A program made the translations under genes and the position numbers. From positions 54,074 to 74,073 of the IMG/VR virus record IMGVR_UViG_3300017746_000005: a stretch of 20,000 nt of DNA. The stretch is one strand, 5' to 3'. Source of the stretch: an uncultured virus (IMG/VR IMGVR_UViG_3300017746_000005) (taxonomy: Duplodnaviria > Heunggongvirae > Uroviricota > Caudoviricetes). The first letter of the stretch is position 1, and every line of letters begins with the position of its first letter. This document shows, one piece after another, positions 14,664-20,000 of this stretch. A model generated the notes under the pieces. It worked only from the letters and a program-made list of their open reading frames with translations, had not been told where the DNA came from and did not search any database.

Positions 14664-15359
14664 ATGCCCAGTTCAAAGTCATTTAACCCACCATTGGTAG
14701 GGAATAGGACTATTGAGGATTTCAAGGCTCGACTATCTGGAGGGGCCGCCCGCCCCAATTTGTTTGAGGTTGAACTTGCTTTCCCAAGCTATGTCCAAGT
14801 CGCCACGGAATCTGTTGCCAATTCTAGATTTCTAATCAAGGCTGCTCAATTACCAGCCTCGAATATTAACGTCATCGACGTTCCTTTCAGAGGAAGAAAT
14901 CTTAAAGTTGCAGGTGACCGAACCTTTGATGTCTGGACTATTACAGTCATCAATGACATTTCATTCGATCTACGAAATGCATTCGAGCAGTGGATGAATG
15001 GCATCAATAAGCATGACAATGCTACTGGTGTTATTAATCCAACTCAATATCAAAAAGATGCAGTTGTGTATCAACTAGGAAGAAATACCAGAGGTTCTAC
15101 TGGTAGTTTCCCAACCACTATTAAAGATGCAACATTGGGTGCTGGTGATAAGTATCCCGTTCTGAAAAAATATGTCTTCCACGGTTTGTTCCCAACAAAC
15201 GTCAGTTCCATCGAACTATCTTACGACAACTCCGATACTATTGAAGAGTTTACTGTAGATATGCAAGTTCAGTGGTGGGATGCATATACTGCAGAGAACG
15301 TTAACCTCTTTGGTACAGAAGAGGAGCCAGTTCAATCAAGTGATTCTCAGACTGCTTAA
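14664..15359 (+). CDS. g19: Tail tube protein gp19
   Basis: GGAARPNLFEV, VPFRGRNLKVAGDRTFDVWTITVIND, FPTNVSSIELSYD..DTIEEFTV..QVQWW. Confidence 0.97.
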   Translation: MPSSKSFNPPLVGNRTIEDFKARLSGGAARPNLFEVELAFPSYVQVATESVANSRFLIKAAQLPASNINVIDVPFRGRNLKVAGDRTFDVWTITVINDISFDLRNAFEQWMNGINKHDNATGVINPTQYQKDAVVYQLGRNTRGSTGSFPTTIKDATLGAGDKYPVLKKYVFHGLFPTNVSSIELSYDNSDTIEEFTVDMQVQWWDAYTAENVNLFGTEEEPVQSSDSQTA

Positions 15360-15368
15360 TTCTCATTG

Positions 15369-15376
15369 AATAAATA
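15369..15376 (+). promoter_or_regulatory. Late promoter upstream of g20
   Basis: AATAAATA in the g19-g20 intergenic region. Confidence 0.7.
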
Positions 15377-15404
15377 CATTTGATGATGCCTCAAGTGAAT
15401 CTAA

Positions 15405-17078
15405 ATGGCTAGGTTGTTTGGTTTTAAAATTGAAAAAGAAGACGACACCTCGAAGAGTATCGTCTCCCCTGTTCCAAAGTCCGATGAGGATTCGTCGGAC
15501 TTTTATGTTAGCAGTGGTTTTTATGGTCAATATGTAGATATTGAAGGTGTATATAAGTCTGAATATGATTTGATAAAAAGATATCGAGAAATGGCATTGC
15601 ATCCTGAGGTGGATAGTGCCATTGAAGATATTATAAATGAGGCTATTGTCTCGGATCAGAACGATTCACCCGTTCAAATTGATCTGTCAAATCTTCCTGG
15701 TTCGGATAAACTCAAAGATCTTATAAGATCTGAGTTTAAAAAAGTCAAAGAAGTCATGGACTTCGACAAGAAGTGTCATGAAATTTTGCGTAACTGGTAT
15801 GTTGATGGAAGAATTTTCTATCATAAAGTAATTGACCTCAAAGCACCAGAAGAAGGCATTCAAGAAGTACGTTACATTGATCCTCTAAGAATTAAGTATA
15901 TTAGGAAGTTAAAGAAAAAAGATAACTTACAACAAACAGTAACAAAGATTCAAGATAATTCTAGTCCAACAAGTCCAGAGATTGAAGAGTATTATCTTTA
16001 TGATCCAAATACTCAATCAGCAAAAAATAATATAGGAGCTATCGGACAACCATTTAGTAATGCAAATAGACCAGTAAAAATTGCACTTGACGCAGTAACA
16101 TTCTGTCACTCTGGTTTAGTGGATAGGAATAAGCAAACTATCCTTTCATATCTACACAAAACTATTAAAGCACTCAATCAACTTCGCATGATTGAAGATA
16201 GTCTTGTAATTTATAGATTGTCCCGTGCTCCTGAAAGAAGAATTTTCTATATTGATGTTGGTAATCTGCCGAAGATTAAAGCAGAACAATACTTGAAAGA
16301 TGTGATGAGTCGTTATCGCAACAAACTAGTCTATGATGCATCGACTGGTGAAGTGCGAGATGATCGTAAGCATATGAGTATGCTTGAAGATTTTTGGTTG
16401 CCTCGTCGTGAAGGTGGAAGAGGAACTGAAATAACTACGTTGCCAGGTGGTCAAAACTTGGGAGAACTTTCTGATATTGAATACTTCCAGAAAAAATTAT
16501 ACAGATCACTGGGTGTCCCAGAATCTCGTATTGCTGGTTCTGGAGAAGGTTTCAATCTTGGACGTTCTTCGGAAATCTTGAGAGATGAAATTAAATTTAC
16601 CAAGTTTGTTGGACGTTTAAGAAAAAGATTTTCTGGTGTTTTCAGCGACATGCTGAAGACACAACTCATTCTTAAGAACATTGTTACGCCTGAAGATTGG
16701 GAAATTCTTTCCGATCATATCCAATATGACTTTGTTTATGATAACCACTTTGCAGAATTAAAAGAGACTGAACTACTTAATGAAAGACTTGGAACTGCTG
16801 CTGCGGTTGACCCATATCTTGGAAAGTATTTCTCTCTCGAATATGTAAGGAGAAATGTTCTCAAACAAAAAGATGAGGAGATGATCGATATTGATAAACA
16901 GATGGCACAAGAAATTAAGGATGGTAAGTTGATTGATCCTATGGAAGTTCAACAACTTGAAATGGGTATCGGTGCAGGCGAAGATCTTGGGTCTCCAATA
17001 ACAGAACCAGGTATTGATGATTCTGCAGTAGAAGCTGACGGATCATCCATAGAGATGCCCAAGGGAGGGGAAATATAA
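15405..17078 (+). CDS. g20: Portal protein gp20
   Basis: YREMALHPEVDSAIEDI, WYVDGR, NQLRMIEDSLVIYRLSRAPERRIFYIDVGNLPK.KAEQYL, MLEDFWLPRREGGRGTEITTLPGGQNLGE. Confidence 0.98.
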   Translation: MARLFGFKIEKEDDTSKSIVSPVPKSDEDSSDFYVSSGFYGQYVDIEGVYKSEYDLIKRYREMALHPEVDSAIEDIINEAIVSDQNDSPVQIDLSNLPGSDKLKDLIRSEFKKVKEVMDFDKKCHEILRNWYVDGRIFYHKVIDLKAPEEGIQEVRYIDPLRIKYIRKLKKKDNLQQTVTKIQDNSSPTSPEIEEYYLYDPNTQSAKNNIGAIGQPFSNANRPVKIALDAVTFCHSGLVDRNKQTILSYLHKTIKALNQLRMIEDSLVIYRLSRAPERRIFYIDVGNLPKIKAEQYLKDVMSRYRNKLVYDASTGEVRDDRKHMSMLEDFWLPRREGGRGTEITTLPGGQNLGELSDIEYFQKKLYRSLGVPESRIAGSGEGFNLGRSSEILRDEIKFTKFVGRLRKRFSGVFSDMLKTQLILKNIVTPEDWEILSDHIQYDFVYDNHFAELKETELLNERLGTAAAVDPYLGKYFSLEYVRRNVLKQKDEEMIDIDKQMAQEIKDGKLIDPMEVQQLEMGIGAGEDLGSPITEPGIDDSAVEADGSSIEMPKGGEI

Positions 17079-17081
17079 ATA
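17074..17081 (+). promoter_or_regulatory. Late promoter upstream of the g67-like ORF and g21
   Basis: Perfect TATAAATA overlapping the g20 stop codon. Confidence 0.8.
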
Positions 17082-17109
17082 CTTCTAGTTTGTATTTAAT
17101 TTACCTGTT

Positions 17110-17361
17110 ATGGATGACCTTATTGATTTGATTGTGAAGAATGACTCTCCTACAGAAATTCATTCTAGGATCAAAGATGTTTTATTTGCAAAGTCTGCAG
17201 AAAACATCGAAACCATTCGTCCAGCTGTAACAGCTGATGCGTTTGGAGGGCCCAATCCTTGGGTTGATCAATTAGATAATGCAGAACCAGAAACTTCTGA
17301 TGGTGAAGTAGAGGTATCTGCAGAACTTGAAACACCTGCCGAGGAACCAGAGGAAGAATGA
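17110..17361 (+). CDS. Small acidic prohead core protein (gp67-like by position)
   Basis: 83 aa between g20 and g21, with a helical N-terminus and a Glu-rich tail. ATGA overlap with g21. Confidence 0.65.
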   Translation: MDDLIDLIVKNDSPTEIHSRIKDVLFAKSAENIETIRPAVTADAFGGPNPWVDQLDNAEPETSDGEVEVSAELETPAEEPEEE

Positions 17362-18083
17362 AACTTATTACCGAAGAAATCGAATCAGCAAAGGTTCTTG
17401 TCGAAGAAAAAGACGGCAAGAAATCTATGTTTATTGAAGGTATTTTCCTTCAAGGAAACTTGAAGAATAGGAATGGTCGTTTCTATCCTGTTGAAACTCT
17501 GGATAAAGAGGTAAACAGATACAGCGAACAGTTTGTTTCTAAAGGACGTGCTCTTGGTGAATTGGGACATCCTGATGGACCAACTGTAAATTTAGATAGA
17601 GTTTCTCATAAAATTGTAGACCTTCACAAAGAGGGACATAATTTTATTGGAAAAGCTAAACTTCTCGATACCCCTATGGGCAAAATTGCTCAGTCACTGA
17701 TTGATGAGGGTGTCCAACTGGGAGTTTCTTCTAGGGGAATGGGAAGTCTACGTGATACAAATGAAGGATATAAAGTAGTTGGTGAGGATTTTATGCTCGC
17801 TACTGCTGCTGATATTGTCGCAGATCCCTCTGCTCCTGATGCTTTTGTTAACGGAATCATGGAAGGAGTTGAATGGATTTGGGATGCAGGTCTTCTAAAG
17901 GCACAGTCTCAAATTAGAGAAGCAACAGTCCAAGAAACCGTTGCGGTAATTGAGAAACAGCCTGAAGAAATTGTCGATCAGGCAATTAAAGAAACTAAAA
18001 AAACCATAAATAAATTTGTTGATCAAAAGAGACTAGACGAGAAGAAATTGGAAATCTTCCAAAACTTCTTATCAAATCTCTGA
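17358..18083 (+). CDS. g21: Prohead core scaffold protease gp21
   Basis: MKLITE, FIEGIFLQ...NRNGRFYP, ALGELGHP, LDRVSH, LGVSSRGMGSL, ADIVADPSAPDAFVNGIMEG.EW. Confidence 0.97.
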   Translation: MKLITEEIESAKVLVEEKDGKKSMFIEGIFLQGNLKNRNGRFYPVETLDKEVNRYSEQFVSKGRALGELGHPDGPTVNLDRVSHKIVDLHKEGHNFIGKAKLLDTPMGKIAQSLIDEGVQLGVSSRGMGSLRDTNEGYKVVGEDFMLATAADIVADPSAPDAFVNGIMEGVEWIWDAGLLKAQSQIREATVQETVAVIEKQPEEIVDQAIKETKKTINKFVDQKRLDEKKLEIFQNFLSNL

Positions 18084-18087
18084 ATTT

Positions 18088-18099
18088 AATAAATAAATA
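18088..18099 (+). promoter_or_regulatory. Tandem overlapping late promoter motifs upstream of g22
   Basis: AATAAATAAATA contains AATAAATA twice, followed by a GGAGAG RBS before the ATG at 18141. Confidence 0.7.
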
Positions 18100-18140
18100 C
18101 AGATTACGATATCTACAACGATTAAAAACGGAGAGTTCAA

Positions 18141-19226
18141 ATGTCTCGTGGAGATTTACAAGAAATGGAAGTAGGCACTAAGCAATCCAAAACCGCTGTC
18201 AATAGTGGTGCTGCGGCTGGTGATTCCATGCCCAAAACACCTAACTATGTTCCTGACAACGCTGCCGTTGAGGATCTCGGTGGACCTACCCCCGAGAATT
18301 CTAGACCAGACGATAATTCTAACGCGCTTAAAACTCCTACGCAGACTATTAAGCAAGTTAAGGATGTCGTCAACAAAGGCGCAAAACCTGCTGAACCAAT
18401 GCAACAAGCACCCAAGTACGCTGAAGAGGCCGAAGCATCTGCTGAAGAAGTAATTGCTGAGGAAGATCTGACCGAAACCGAAGAGAGCATCATTGATATT
18501 GATTCTGCGATTGCAGAAGATGTCGAAGCACTCCTGGGTGGTGAAGAACTCTCGGAAGAATTCAGAGAAAAAGCTAAACTAATCTTTGAAGCTTCGCTTA
18601 CCGCTAAGATCACAGATATCGAAAATCAGATTCAAGAGGCCTACGAAACTCAGTTTGCCGAGGAAGTTAAATCCATTAAGGTTGAACTTACCGAAAGACT
18701 AGATTCGTACCTCGAATATGTCGCTGAAGAATGGCTTGAAGAAAACGCTCTCTCCGTTGAGCGTGGAATCAAGACAGAGATGACCGAATCATTCCTTGAA
18801 GGAATGAAGGGTCTATTTGAAGAACATTATGTATCACTCCCTGAAGATAGATATGATGTACTTGAGAGCATGGTAGACAAACTTGATGAAATGGAGACCA
18901 AACTCAATGAGCAAATCGAAAGAAATGTTGCTCTGAATAGTAAGTTGTCGGTATCGACTGCTGAAACTATTATGAATACTGTTGCAGAAGGACTTGCAGT
19001 TTCTCAGAAAGACAAACTTGCAGTTCTTGCAGAAGGTGTTGAGTTTGAAAGTGAAGAAAGCTATCGTGAAAAACTAGAAACACTGAAGGAGTCGTACTTC
19101 TCTGGTAACTCTAGTTCTTCCAAGACGACAGAGACTCAAGTTCTGAAAGAAGAAGCAGAGCACGTAGAACCAGCAACTGGATCTATGGCTGCATACTTAA
19201 GAGCACTCTCTAACGTCAAGCAGTGA
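18141..19226 (+). CDS. g22: Prohead core scaffolding protein gp22
   Basis: Very acidic coiled-coil protein with EDLGGPTPEN, LSEEFREKAKLIFEA, DSYLEYVAEEWLEEN, KLETLKESYF and MAAYLRAL. Confidence 0.95.
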   Translation: MSRGDLQEMEVGTKQSKTAVNSGAAAGDSMPKTPNYVPDNAAVEDLGGPTPENSRPDDNSNALKTPTQTIKQVKDVVNKGAKPAEPMQQAPKYAEEAEASAEEVIAEEDLTETEESIIDIDSAIAEDVEALLGGEELSEEFREKAKLIFEASLTAKITDIENQIQEAYETQFAEEVKSIKVELTERLDSYLEYVAEEWLEENALSVERGIKTEMTESFLEGMKGLFEEHYVSLPEDRYDVLESMVDKLDEMETKLNEQIERNVALNSKLSVSTAETIMNTVAEGLAVSQKDKLAVLAEGVEFESEESYREKLETLKESYFSGNSSSSKTTETQVLKEEAEHVEPATGSMAAYLRALSNVKQ

Positions 19227-19262
19227 TTTAGAGATTATTAATTTCAAACCTAGGAATCCAAA

Positions 19263-20000
19263 ATGCAACAAAACATTAATTACCAACAGCTTACTGAAAA
19301 GTGGGCTCCCCTACTAGACCACGAAGGGTCTGGAGCTATCAAGGATAGTCATAGACGTAATGTCACCGCCGTTCTCCTTGAGAACCAAGAGCAAATGCTT
19401 AGGGAAGAAAATTCTTTCCTGAGTGAAGCATCCCCAACCAACTCGGCTGGTACTGGTGGTTTCAGTGGTTCTTCCACTGACACAGGTCCTGTCGCTGGTT
19501 TCGACCCAGTTCTGATCTCCTTGATCAGACGCGCAATGCCCAACTTGGTCGCATATGACCTTGCAGGCGTACAACCAATGAGTGGTCCTACTGGACTAAT
19601 CTTTGCAATGCGCTCCCGCTACACCAATCAGAGTGGTACTGAGGCACTGTTCAACGAGCCCGATACCGCATTCTCTGGTCAGGATAGTGATCAGTCCCTT
19701 ACAGGTGGACAAACCGACCAGGCTGCTGGTTTCGGTACAGGTGCTCAGGCAGGTTCTAACCCCGCAGTTCTGAACCCCGTTGGTTCCGCAACAACCTCTG
19801 CCTACAACGTAGGTCAGGGTATGTCAACTGGAGAGTCGGAAGCTCTCGGTGATGCCGCTTCTAATGCCTTCCAAGAGATGGCATTCTCGATCGAGAAAGT
19901 CACTGTAACCGCCAAGTCAAGAGCTCTGAAAGCAGAGTACTCCTTGGAACTGGCACAAGACCTTAAGGCAATTCATGGTTTGAATGCTGAGGCTGAACTC
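19263..20000 (+). CDS. g23: Major capsid protein gp23, 3'-truncated by the window edge (absent from the ORF track)
   Basis: ATG 19263 reads MQQNINYQQLTEKWAPLLDHEG...RRNVTAVLLENQE...AGFDPVLISLIRRAMPNLVAYDLAGVQPMSGPTGLIFAMRSRY...FQEMAFSIEKVTVTAKSRALKAEYSLELAQDLKAIHGLNAEAEL and is open to the end of the window. Confidence 0.98.
   Translation, partial: MQQNINYQQLTEKWAPLLDHEGSGAIKDSHRRNVTAVLLENQEQMLREENSFLSEASPTNSAGTGGFSGSSTDTGPVAGFDPVLISLIRRAMPNLVAYDLAGVQPMSGPTGLIFAMRSRYTNQSGTEALFNEPDTAFSGQDSDQSLTGGQTDQAAGFGTGAQAGSNPAVLNPVGSATTSAYNVGQGMSTGESEALGDAASNAFQEMAFSIEKVTVTAKSRALKAEYSLELAQDLKAIHGLNAEAEL

Noticed and set aside
10226..17078. Intein, intron or homing endonuclease insertion in g17, g18, g19 or g20
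   Set aside because: The reading frames are continuous, g17 and g20 have ordinary lengths, and no intein (C...HN) or LAGLIDADG/HNH/GIY-YIG motifs were seen.
18005..18012. CATAAATA late-promoter-like motif inside the 3' end of g21
   Set aside because: It may be functional, but it lies in A-rich coding sequence and better-placed motifs exist at 18088-18099, so it was not called.
18156..19574. Antisense and alternative-frame ORFs over g22 and g23
   Set aside because: They overlap the clearly identified g22 and g23 on the plus strand. The minus-strand ORFs 19314..19574 and 19349..19543 are shadows of g23.
1..20000. tRNA, CRISPR array, IS element or diversity-generating retroelement
   Set aside because: Intergenic spacers are all under 90 nt, there are no regularly spaced repeats, and no transposase or reverse transcriptase was found. 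The paralogue repeat mismatches are too few and not exclusively at adenines, so they do not indicate a DGR TR/VR pair.

Overview
AT-rich, gene-dense segment of a T4-like myophage genome. Gene order and protein motifs fit a marine cyanomyophage (Kyanoviridae-like); the host assignment is an inference. Bases 5314-20000 carry the core virion morphogenesis cluster: g13, g14, g15, g16, a small ORF, g17, a Zn-finger ORF, g18, g19, g20, a g67-like ORF, g21, g22 and the 5' part of g23 (which the ORF track missed). Most of these genes have a TAAATA-core late promoter upstream. Bases 1-5275 are a tightly coupled accessory cluster: three 2OG-Fe(II) oxygenase-type genes, two tandem carbamoyltransferase paralogues that both consist of only the N-terminal Kae1-like domain, a small HAD phosphatase, a cupin sugar isomerase and an HldD/RfaD ADP-heptose epimerase. 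The most notable points are (1) the twin half-carbamoyltransferases, which share patchy near-identical blocks and differ at a conserved Lys, (2) a 763-aa gp14 neck protein with six GxGY repeats and a nested LamG/ConA-like domain, (3) a small late ORF between g16 and g17 with a T4 capsid-targeting-like N-terminus, and (4) the hypothesis that the accessory cluster makes a modified sugar or decorates the virion. No tRNA, CRISPR array, intron, intein or IS element was recognised.
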